Source: Oligoflexus sp.
GTDB lineage: Bacteria; Bdellovibrionota_B; Oligoflexia; Oligoflexales; Oligoflexaceae
Reading direction: 5' to 3'
Assembly (NCBI GenBank): GCA_041736305.1
Contig: JBGSTX010000346.1
Location: forward strand, 1 to 25,253
DNA: 25,253 nt
A program made the translations under genes and the position numbers. The notes beneath the pieces were generated by a model, which saw only the letters and a program-made list of their open reading frames with translations, did not search any database and had not been told where the DNA came from. How positions within the stretch are numbered: position 1 is the stretch's first letter; each line of letters opens with the position of its first letter. Shown here piece by piece: positions 15,979-24,066 of this stretch.

Positions 15979-18168
15979 ATGCTGCGAGCGTTTTTCATCA
16001 CCTTTAGCTTCATTGTGGGACTTTTCTCCTCACAGTCCCTGCTTGCGGAAGGTGCTGGCGCGGGTATCACTGTCACTCCTGAAACCGATCTTGGACGCAT
16101 AGTCGTTAGGATTACGAGTACTGATCCCAACACGGCCTGGATCGCGAGTGCCCATGAAGATCATATTCGCGATTTACTCAGCCAATCTCCCCGTCTCCGC
16201 ACCATTGCAGACGAGAGTCTGCGCCTGGATGAGTGCGAAGATTTCGCGTGTGAACGCCAGCGGTTGAACGCAGCAGGAGTCGACCTTTTCTTAGAAGGTG
16301 AGCTCGACGGCAAGCAGCTAGACCTGCTAGTTATCGTTCCTGAGACAGAAATCGAACTCAGCCAGCAGACCATCAGTCTCAAGCCCGGTACTACACCTGA
16401 AAGCGTGAAGAGCTCTATTCTCCACGCTCTTAAGCCTTTCACCGAATCCGGCGGCATACTCGATCAGAGGAGCGCTCTGCGCCGCGCGCAGAAAGCTGAA
16501 ACAGAAAAAGTAGCACCGACCGAGGCCAAGCAGGGCCTGGCTCTTGGCTTGGCTGCGGTGACCTTTACCGTACTGGCCTTGATCGCGCTCGCACTCGTCG
16601 TCTTTCCACGTGGCCGACGCCCCTTGCTGGGCCTCTGTCTGCTCTGGTTGATCTTTGCCCTCGGGCCTTTATGGTTTATCTCCGAAGACCTCGCCCTTAT
16701 TAAACCGGTCGCGATATTTGCTGTTCCGCAGCCCTGGCTGCTCGCGGTTCTCGGCGGCCTCGGCAGCGGTGGAGCTCTTTGGGCCATCGGCATTTGCATA
16801 CTCCCGCAGCTGCGCGGCCTAGAATTCATGAAACAAGATCGGATGCCCTTTCTCATTAACGCTCTGACGATGGTTATCGCTTACCGCACACTAGCTCTCC
16901 TCAGCTGGGGTGCTGTAGCTGCCGGGATCATCATCGCTACGCAGTTCACCTATGATCTCGATGCCGTTCACACTGTAGCTGTAGGGCTACTCACGATCGG
17001 TGGTCTCACGACTTTAGGCGCGCTCATCTTTGAAGTTCTCGCGCAGCGGCTCGATCGACGCTTAGTTTTCGGTGAGCCCTCTGCTGACAACTCTTGGCAC
17101 ATACGGGTCATGGAAGGCTTGCACGAACATCCCCGGCTCGTCGGCCTGCGTGATCTGCTGGATCGCACTCTCATTCTGCCGACCAACGGCGAGCATACCC
17201 TAGCCTACGGTGGTGGTTTTCTCAGCTCGCCGCGCATCTTAATTCCTCGCCGTGCCCTTGAAAAAGCCTTTGAAACCGCGCCCGAAGAAGAAGGCGCTCC
17301 CTACGACTTCCTGCTCGGTCTGATCCTCGAGGGAATCGCTAGAATAAGTCTTCGCTCTCATCTCGATGCGACGCTACGCTTGAGCTTTGTAAGGCCGGCC
17401 ACGCGCAATCGCTACCGTAAGGCTAGCCATGGCCGGCCTGCTTCAGGGGGTTTTCTTGCGCCCTACACCCAGGCGCGCCAGCAGCTAGAAGGTGCTTTCC
17501 TCGCTGTTCACGAAGGGCTCGCTCCCTTTATCCAGTACCTCTACTGGCGTCACAAGCCCCATACGGGACTTCTGACTGTGCGCGCGACGCGCACGCAGCT
17601 CAACGAGGCGATCAAAACCATATCTGATGAATTGAGCAGCGGCCGCTTTCCTCTGACGATCGAACGCCCACGCGATCATATCATCTGGCTGGTACAGACC
17701 TATTTGCGGCAGAAACCTGCTGAGGCAAAGCCGAAAAATCCACAGCGGAAAATGCGGCCACGCAAGGTCTTTATTCTCGCCCTGCTCGGCATTTTTACCG
17801 GCTATCAGCTGCTAAGTGCCGCTTTATATCATCCAGTCTATGTTGAGCGCATCGCTCTGCAGCAGGCGAAAATAGACGCTAAAAAAGCCAAAAAGGAGGA
17901 CTTACAAAATGTCCCAGAGCCACAATCCCCGCCGGCTGACAGCACAGCCATCGTCGCTACCCAGCCCGAAACAAGCGCTCCTAGTCCAAGAAGCGAAAAA
18001 GTGGTGGAAAAATCTGCGCCTACCAAGTCTAGGGCGAAGCCAAAAACCAAGCCAAAAGCCAAGAAGAAACCCAAAGGAAAACAAAAGCAGCGAGGAAAAT
18101 CCAAGCAGCGAGATAAAAAACCACTACCAGCTGCAAAAAAACCGGGAGCTGAACGTAAAAAGCTCTAA
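15979..18168 (+). CDS. Uncharacterised multi-pass membrane protein, 729 aa
   Basis: Signal peptide, periplasmic domain with CEDFAC...GVDLFLEGEL, about five TM helices, a degenerate M48/M56-like segment, one more TM and a Pro/Lys-rich tail. GAGG RBS. Confidence 0.8.
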   Translation: MLRAFFITFSFIVGLFSSQSLLAEGAGAGITVTPETDLGRIVVRITSTDPNTAWIASAHEDHIRDLLSQSPRLRTIADESLRLDECEDFACERQRLNAAGVDLFLEGELDGKQLDLLVIVPETEIELSQQTISLKPGTTPESVKSSILHALKPFTESGGILDQRSALRRAQKAETEKVAPTEAKQGLALGLAAVTFTVLALIALALVVFPRGRRPLLGLCLLWLIFALGPLWFISEDLALIKPVAIFAVPQPWLLAVLGGLGSGGALWAIGICILPQLRGLEFMKQDRMPFLINALTMVIAYRTLALLSWGAVAAGIIIATQFTYDLDAVHTVAVGLLTIGGLTTLGALIFEVLAQRLDRRLVFGEPSADNSWHIRVMEGLHEHPRLVGLRDLLDRTLILPTNGEHTLAYGGGFLSSPRILIPRRALEKAFETAPEEEGAPYDFLLGLILEGIARISLRSHLDATLRLSFVRPATRNRYRKASHGRPASGGFLAPYTQARQQLEGAFLAVHEGLAPFIQYLYWRHKPHTGLLTVRATRTQLNEAIKTISDELSSGRFPLTIERPRDHIIWLVQTYLRQKPAEAKPKNPQRKMRPRKVFILALLGIFTGYQLLSAALYHPVYVERIALQQAKIDAKKAKKEDLQNVPEPQSPPADSTAIVATQPETSAPSPRSEKVVEKSAPTKSRAKPKTKPKAKKKPKGKQKQRGKSKQRDKKPLPAAKKPGAERKKL

Positions 18169-18895
18169 TGCGGCCGGCGGCTTCGTCGGGCTAGTGGGTG
18201 CCTTGGGTCTGACCCTGGCGTCTGCTTTGCTCTTCATCACAGAAAACTTTTTTCTGTCGATGCTAGCCTTCTCCATCGGCCTCTTGCTCTACACCACAGG
18301 CACAGAAATCGTCCGGATCGGTGTATCGGTAGGAACCGCCTTGTTCTCAACCAAGCATCTGACCGAAGAAGCAGGTCTCATTGGCGAGACGAGCGTACTC
18401 TTGAAGAGTGCCCTCATTGGCGAATCCAGCGAAGATGAAGATGCTGAAAGCGCCAGCGACATCGATTCCATTATTCTACCGGGCAATCCGCTGATCGAAG
18501 ATTTGAGTCGGGCTTCGCGTTCGACTCAGCAAGACCGCTTGGAGTATATTGCGCATACCTACTACTTCGACTGCCATGAGACCTATGAGTTCTCCAGGCT
18601 CAATCTCCAGTTCGTGTCCGAAGCGATGCCCTATATCGGGCTGGTCGGAACCGTCCTCGGTTTGATCATGATGTTCGACGGTCTCGGTGCCAGCGTCAAC
18701 GTCGAAGCCTTGACTCCGCAGCTCGCCATTGCACTGAAGACAACCCTATACGGCGCTTTCTTCGGTGCTGGTTACAAGGTTCTTGCAGCCCGTTTCGACC
18801 AGCGAATGCAGAAGCTCGAATATGAATATGACGATCTCTTGCATTCGCTCGATATCGTGCAAAAGAATAATCTGACCATAGAGGTTGAGTCGTGA
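17909..18895 (+). CDS. MotA/TolQ/ExbB proton-channel family protein
   Basis: MPYIGLVGTVLGLIMMF and LAIALKTTLYG are the family TM signatures, preceded by two further TMs. AAGGAGG (17893-17899) lies 9 nt before ATG 17909. Confidence 0.88.
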   Translation: MSQSHNPRRLTAQPSSLPSPKQALLVQEAKKWWKNLRLPSLGRSQKPSQKPRRNPKENKSSEENPSSEIKNHYQLQKNRELNVKSSNAAGGFVGLVGALGLTLASALLFITENFFLSMLAFSIGLLLYTTGTEIVRIGVSVGTALFSTKHLTEEAGLIGETSVLLKSALIGESSEDEDAESASDIDSIILPGNPLIEDLSRASRSTQQDRLEYIAHTYYFDCHETYEFSRLNLQFVSEAMPYIGLVGTVLGLIMMFDGLGASVNVEALTPQLAIALKTTLYGAFFGAGYKVLAARFDQRMQKLEYEYDDLLHSLDIVQKNNLTIEVES

Positions 18896-19488
18896 GACGC
18901 TCCATTCGGAAGAAACGCCATGGCGGCAGCGAACTCTGGCAAACCGCTTACATCGATCTGATGACCAACATCATGATTTTCTTTGTGATCTTATGGTCTC
19001 TGAGCCAGGCGCAGAGCAAGGGTGTGAGTGAGACGGTAGGTGATGTGTCGACCCGCATGGTGAACCTGCCAGGCGACGTACTGTTTGCTCCCGGTCAGAC
19101 TCAGTTGTCTGATGGTGGACAATCGATTATCGGCAAGCTCTTTCAGGATGATGCCGGTACCGTTTTGAACTTTCAGACTAACGGTCTAGTGAAACGCATG
19201 CTCTTCATCCACGGACATACCGATGGCCAGGGTGAAAAAGATAAGAACTTTCAGCTGGGTTTCGACCGGGCTATGGCCACCTACCGGCAGATCGCCCGCT
19301 ACGGGAAGGACGTGCCCGACCACGTGGTGGTCTGTTCACACGCTGACAATCTACCGGTCAATGAAGTGCCGAAGGGCATGGTCAAGCTGAGCGGGGCTCA
19401 GAAAGCTGCTTTTGATGCGGCTAACGCTAAAAATCGACGCATACAGATCGAAGATCGTATGATCAATCAGTTTAAAGAGGAACCATGA
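18892..19488 (+). CDS. MotB/OmpA-family protein
   Basis: WQTAYIDLMTNIMIFFVILW is a MotB-type TM with the conserved Asp. DVLFAPG, IHGHTD, N..L..DRA and NRRIQI form an OmpA-like peptidoglycan-binding domain. GTGA overlap with the motA-like gene. Confidence 0.9.
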   Translation: MRRSIRKKRHGGSELWQTAYIDLMTNIMIFFVILWSLSQAQSKGVSETVGDVSTRMVNLPGDVLFAPGQTQLSDGGQSIIGKLFQDDAGTVLNFQTNGLVKRMLFIHGHTDGQGEKDKNFQLGFDRAMATYRQIARYGKDVPDHVVVCSHADNLPVNEVPKGMVKLSGAQKAAFDAANAKNRRIQIEDRMINQFKEEP

Positions 19489-21149
19489 GACGCATCGGCC
19501 TTAAAAGCCTAATCCTCATCGGAGTGCTCTTGTCCTGCTTGGTTCTAGCGGGCTCCGAAGGAGTGTTCGACATTCGCCGCGTCCTCGCTTTACAGCTGGG
19601 TGTGCTCTGGATGATAGGGCTTTTGGCCAGCATCATGGGACTCGCAATCAGTTATTTCTTGCGTAGTCATCGCGAGAGTTCGCATCACCTGGGCTTCGGC
19701 CCTTATGATACGCGCCCTCCTGCGTCACAGCTCCTGTTTGAAGCGCGTGCTTATGCGCTCTGGATGGGGCCCAGAGATGAGACTCCCGCTTGGGAATTCA
19801 ATCGCCCCGTCTATGTTTTTACGATCTCATTTGCCCTGCTCCTGGCTGGGTTTAGCATGCTCGAAAACCGTAGTTTGATGCTGCTGAAGCATTTCCATCA
19901 CAATATGAGCAAAGACTACGGGCAAGTCTGTCCCGAGGAAGGTGCTGCCCAAGAGGAGGCGGAATTAAAGCCTAAACCCGAGAAGTATGGCTGCGATCTC
20001 GTTAAGAAAGCCTTTGCTCTCGGCTACACCAAAGACCTCGGTGATTGTGCCGACGATCCTAAAGAAAAAACCGATGAGATCTGCACCCATCGTCAGTGGG
20101 ACGAACCAAGTTCGCACTATTCCTATCGCCTCATTGAGAAATTTGCGTTGGGTCTCTGGGATAGCATCTCCGGTCTGCATCAGTCGCTCAGCCCTGAGTC
20201 TATCGCCAAGAGTACTAAAAAATTGCCTGAACTGAGCAAGCATCACGCCGAGGGTTTCAAAGGCGAAGCTCGCAGCTCTATTCATGTCTTCACCGATCTC
20301 CGCGAACCAGGCGGTACTAAGGAGCAGCTGCGTCGCTCGCTCCATCCGAATCACTGCCAGGATGAGCTCAGAGAGCTACGCTTCAGTCTGGCTGAAAAAG
20401 GTCGGGACCGCTCTAGTCAGCTGGAGGACGCCATAGCTCACCTCCTCTTCAACCCTGCAGTGGCTAAGGGCGCTGAATACTGTCGCCTCTATACCATTCA
20501 TTGGGCCGCCGCTCCTTCGACTTGTGAAGATATCGTTGCCTTCGGCCCACGCGTCTTAGCGAGCCTGGGAGTCAATGAGCCGGTAACCGCGGTGCTCGAG
20601 CGTCAACGACTCGAAAAGCAATTTCCACCGCCTGAGCCTAAGAAGAAAGCAGCTGATGGAAAAGCCGAAGCAGAAGAAGTAGCGTCTGCTCCCCCTGCAC
20701 CGCCGACTCCCGAACGTGCGCGCATCAGCTTTCACTGTCTGATGACGCGCGAAATCACCCCTTCACGCAGCGAAGTCAAACTCGATGGGCAAACCTTTGC
20801 GGTAAGCAGCGAACTGCTCCCGAGTGTCGACGCGCAAGGTCTTATGCCTAGCCAGCCGCTTATGGCTGCGGTCGCGCGGGCCTTCATTCCCGGATTCAGC
20901 TACACCAATCTCGATAGGAAGCTGCCCTTCACGATGAGCGAAGAACGCTTTCAGACTGAAATCGCCAAAAGTGGCGATCACCTCCGCCTCGCAAAGTTCG
21001 AACTGCTCAAAATGAGCGATATCCTAGCTGGAGATCAGTGGGTAGCCTCTTACCCCGAGTACATGGAAGTTTATCCTTGGCAGACTCATCTATCTAACTT
21101 CGTGCAAAAGTTCCGTCGAGCTATGAAACGTGAGGATGAGAGCAAATGA
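19485..21149 (+). CDS. Hypothetical membrane protein with three N-terminal TMs and a large Cys-rich soluble domain, 554 aa
   Basis: Long ORF with ATGA overlaps at both ends, three hydrophobic segments and eight Cys after the last TM. Confidence 0.8.
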   Translation: MRRIGLKSLILIGVLLSCLVLAGSEGVFDIRRVLALQLGVLWMIGLLASIMGLAISYFLRSHRESSHHLGFGPYDTRPPASQLLFEARAYALWMGPRDETPAWEFNRPVYVFTISFALLLAGFSMLENRSLMLLKHFHHNMSKDYGQVCPEEGAAQEEAELKPKPEKYGCDLVKKAFALGYTKDLGDCADDPKEKTDEICTHRQWDEPSSHYSYRLIEKFALGLWDSISGLHQSLSPESIAKSTKKLPELSKHHAEGFKGEARSSIHVFTDLREPGGTKEQLRRSLHPNHCQDELRELRFSLAEKGRDRSSQLEDAIAHLLFNPAVAKGAEYCRLYTIHWAAAPSTCEDIVAFGPRVLASLGVNEPVTAVLERQRLEKQFPPPEPKKKAADGKAEAEEVASAPPAPPTPERARISFHCLMTREITPSRSEVKLDGQTFAVSSELLPSVDAQGLMPSQPLMAAVARAFIPGFSYTNLDRKLPFTMSEERFQTEIAKSGDHLRLAKFELLKMSDILAGDQWVASYPEYMEVYPWQTHLSNFVQKFRRAMKREDESK

Positions 21150-21736
21150 AAGCATTAGCGATATTTCTCTTCGCTCTTTGTTTGAGCACTGGTACAGCCA
21201 AGAGCGCAGAAATCGGTGCAGAGAACCGAGCTCAGTATCTAGAACGCTTGATGAGCAGTATCCGCAGCATGCCAGCGGCCGAGTTTGAACGCCTCGCGAG
21301 TGAAAGCCAGAGCGTTTTTTCAGAACTGTGCCGGAGTTCCGATCCCAGTCTGGCCCTTAGCTGTTCCTTCGAAGCGAGCGAGAAGATCTGTAAGTCAAGC
21401 CTGGACAATGCCTCCTGCCTCCTCGTGATGGATGCCTTTATCGTCGAGCGTCTGAATGCCAATCGTTTTGTGAGTGTCCGGGAACGCTATGAAATGATGA
21501 GTCGAGGCAGCGACTTCAAGGCTCGCATGGCTGAATCGCTACAGTTCCGCTATGGAACGATCGTGCAGGCCTTCAGTCTGGGAGATGCGGCTAGCTGTAA
21601 AGCAGGCGACTTCACTTGCCTTGGCAAGAGCCTCGAAAAATTCTGTCAGAACGAGGCTAAGCAAGGACGCTTGAGCTATCAGAGCTGTGCCTCGGTTGTG
21701 GCTCTTTACATTGGTCGGCATAGCCAAGGCAATTGA
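21146..21736 (+). CDS. Hypothetical secreted Cys-rich helical protein, 196 aa
   Basis: Sec signal MKALAIFLFALCLSTGTAKSA, eight Cys in two clusters of four, and ATGA coupling to the upstream gene. Confidence 0.8.
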   Translation: MKALAIFLFALCLSTGTAKSAEIGAENRAQYLERLMSSIRSMPAAEFERLASESQSVFSELCRSSDPSLALSCSFEASEKICKSSLDNASCLLVMDAFIVERLNANRFVSVRERYEMMSRGSDFKARMAESLQFRYGTIVQAFSLGDAASCKAGDFTCLGKSLEKFCQNEAKQGRLSYQSCASVVALYIGRHSQGN

Positions 21737-21801
21737 AGATCCTCTGACTGGGTAGAGGAGAGCCTCGGTCTAGCTGCTGTAGCTGCCTCGTCTACCCGTC
21801 C

Positions 21802-22824
21802 CTAGATTTTGCAAGTTTCCAACTCCAGCTCTTCCTCACTACCATCTTCCGAACGGACGATAGCACCTTCGGCCGAAAATTCGAGAGTGAAAGTAGTTTC
21901 GGGACTAGTGGCTTCTTTACTCGCATACACCTCGCCTTTGATTTGTCCTGACGTGGGCAAGCATTCCTCGCCAATCCCTAAGACAAGATCTTCATAGCGC
22001 AGAATAAGCTTCTTTTGTCCGTCCTGCATGGATTGGACCGCACCTCGCAGTATCCGGGCCTGGGTGATTCCCTGGGAGCGGGTGCGCGTTTTTTCCAGAA
22101 CTATAGCTTGGATAGTTTCTACTGTTCTTTCCAAGGGAGCTGCCTGCTCGCTCGATTCTATGCGCAGCGAGCTGCTAAACTTGCTTTCTCTTTGCCAAAC
22201 CAGAGTTTGGCTGCTGATGCTGATGACTTCACTCCGCGAGCTGCGCTGGCTGCTGGAACTCAGCTTGCTTTCCTTAATGAGACTTCCATCCGACTCCAGC
22301 AGAACTTTACGCTGACGATTCTTCGTGAAGCTACCCTCTGTCTGGAGCCCATTCAATTGGCTCAACTTGAGAATAGGTCTGCCTTTCTCATTGCAAGCGA
22401 GAGCATCGCCGCCTGCTTTAGGAAAGATGCGGACTTCGCTGCGGGTTTCGACCACGTCGCTTATCTTACGTCGCTTCGCAGCTCGACCTCGTTCAAGTTC
22501 ACGCTCACGACTCTCGCCCTTTATACTGCTAAGACTGCCATCTTCAGGATGCTCAAGACAGCTGAGGTCGACGAGCTGACTCGTTTCTCCTCCCGTCAGA
22601 CTCAGGAGAGCAAAGTCTTCCTGATCTATAGATTCTATTGCTGCATCGAGCGATTCATCGAACTGGACTTCGACCAGAGCTGCAATTTCTGCGGCGGCGC
22701 TACGCGGCTTTCCTGCATTACCGACGTCGGTCCCGCAGCCTGTACCTCCCCCGCTGCTGTAGCATAGAAGGATGAGCCAGGCCATGTAGAACTTGCTAGC
22801 TTTTTGTTCAGACTTTGTCTTCAT
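21802..22824 (-). CDS. Hypothetical lipoprotein-like protein, 340 aa, paralog of 24067-25146
   Basis: Hydrophobic leader then GCGTDVGN. ATGA coupling to the TIGR02147 gene. Four Cys in the same register as the 24067 protein. Confidence 0.75.
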   Translation of the reverse strand: MKTKSEQKASKFYMAWLILLCYSSGGGTGCGTDVGNAGKPRSAAAEIAALVEVQFDESLDAAIESIDQEDFALLSLTGGETSQLVDLSCLEHPEDGSLSSIKGESRERELERGRAAKRRKISDVVETRSEVRIFPKAGGDALACNEKGRPILKLSQLNGLQTEGSFTKNRQRKVLLESDGSLIKESKLSSSSQRSSRSEVISISSQTLVWQRESKFSSSLRIESSEQAAPLERTVETIQAIVLEKTRTRSQGITQARILRGAVQSMQDGQKKLILRYEDLVLGIGEECLPTSGQIKGEVYASKEATSPETTFTLEFSAEGAIVRSEDGSEEELELETCKI

Positions 22825-23699
22825 GGATTGCTCATCCTTTTCTTACGGGTCAGCGGGAAGAGCTGCATGCTGAGCTGATAGACGCGTTCGGCTTCGGGGT
22901 CCTCAGCGGCCAGATCCATTATTTTCTTGCGACAGGCCCGCAGCTCTTTTTTAATCCGAGGCATCTTCGCCGCGCTGACGGCCATCGTCGTCGCACTGAT
23001 TTCTCTCTCTTCAACAGCGATCGTCATCAGCGCCTGCTTCGCCAATTCTAGCACTTTTTGATGGTAGCGCAGGAGAGCCATGGAAAGAATCTCATGACCG
23101 GTACTCATGCGCGCCTGGGTAGGAACAAGGCGCCCAGTGGCCTGATCTCTGACGAGCAGGCCTAGCTTTTCCAAGAGGCTCAAAGACTTTTTTGCTTGGT
23201 CTACCCGTATCCGAGGTAGCAGTTGAGCTGCAATCTCCTGCGGATCGTCATTGAAGAAGGGTATAAAGCTGAGCTCGTAGATCGCGATATGGTACCACTC
23301 AGTGAAGTATTCGAGCTGGGCCAAGAGATCGTCCGAATCGGCGATTGTACGAGATTTTTGTTCAACGAGCTGCTCCAGCAGAGTCTCTCGTTCAGGAGCC
23401 CCGGTACTTTGGAAATACGCGACGAGGTCATCCCAGTACTTACGTTCACCACCTCGCAGCTCAAGAGCATCGGCTATGCGATGCCCCGTCTTCGTCGTCA
23501 GCGGACGCTGGCCTTTTATGAGGACATATATAATATTGCTCGGAGCAAAACCCAAGTCCTCGGCAAACTGCGTATAGGAATAGCTGCCCATTTCCTTTTT
23601 CATCGTCTGGTAGATAGCTTCCAGGTATTCCTTATGATCGAGGAACTTGCTGACCGCTAGCTGCTTGCGAATATTTTTTAGAACACGGGAATTCTTCAT
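22821..23699 (-). CDS. TIGR02147-family protein (N-terminal HTH plus DUF4423)
   Basis: YSYTQFAEDLGF...I.GQRPLT (HTH), YFTEWYHIAIYEL, YHQKVLELAKQAL...EEREIS and VYQLSMQLFPLT. GGAGG precedes ATG 23699, so the ORF-track start at 23906 is intergenic extension. Confidence 0.88.
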   Translation of the reverse strand: MKNSRVLKNIRKQLAVSKFLDHKEYLEAIYQTMKKEMGSYSYTQFAEDLGFAPSNIIYVLIKGQRPLTTKTGHRIADALELRGGERKYWDDLVAYFQSTGAPERETLLEQLVEQKSRTIADSDDLLAQLEYFTEWYHIAIYELSFIPFFNDDPQEIAAQLLPRIRVDQAKKSLSLLEKLGLLVRDQATGRLVPTQARMSTGHEILSMALLRYHQKVLELAKQALMTIAVEEREISATTMAVSAAKMPRIKKELRACRKKIMDLAAEDPEAERVYQLSMQLFPLTRKKRMSNP

Positions 23700-23727
23700 A
23701 AGCCTCCCCTCGCCAGACTTAGCTTTC

Positions 23728-23735
23728 TTATCGGC
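23728..23735 (-). promoter_or_regulatory. Sigma28-type -10 element
   Basis: Exact GCCGATAA on the minus strand, 28 nt upstream of ATG 23699. There is no good -35 at 15-nt spacing. Confidence 0.4.
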
Positions 23736-23980
23736 AGAAAAACTCTGCAAAGAGAGAAAATTCGTTAATAATTGATATCTTTGGCTTAAGTAGGATATCC
23801 AAAAGCCCATGAAGGTCTTTTTGCAAAGACTCAAATATCCAGAACTCCTCCTTTTCACTAAGAGTGGAAAAACAAAGCCAGAAGTTTTCGACACTTGCCT
23901 TGGCATCTTTGCAAAATGAGCGCAATTCGTATTTCATTTCCATAAATAAGCCATGCCTGACAGGGGTTTATAAATAAGAC

Positions 23981-24007
23981 TCAATTGCAAAAAATAATGT
24001 CCGATAA
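23981..24007 (+). promoter_or_regulatory. Sigma28/FliA-like promoter
   Basis: TCAA-N15-TCCGATAA, about 60 nt upstream of ATG 24067. Confidence 0.55.
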
Positions 24008-24066
24008 GCTTTTTATGGCGGTTAGAGAAACTGCTCCGACCAAAAACAAACCGAGGAGATCATTTC

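Noticed and set aside
17909-19488. Calling the MotA/MotB pair Zorya zorAB or flagellar motAB
   Set aside because: There is no long ZorA-type tail, no ZorC/D/E-like helicase or nuclease, and no flagellar context, so gene symbols were withheld.
22015-22767. 250-aa plus-strand ORF
   Set aside because: Antisense shadow of the 340-aa lipoprotein, which has coupling and paralogy support. It has no recognisable motifs.
23700-23906. N-terminal extension of the TIGR02147 ORF
   Set aside because: AT-rich promoter-like sequence. A better RBS and start lie at 23699.
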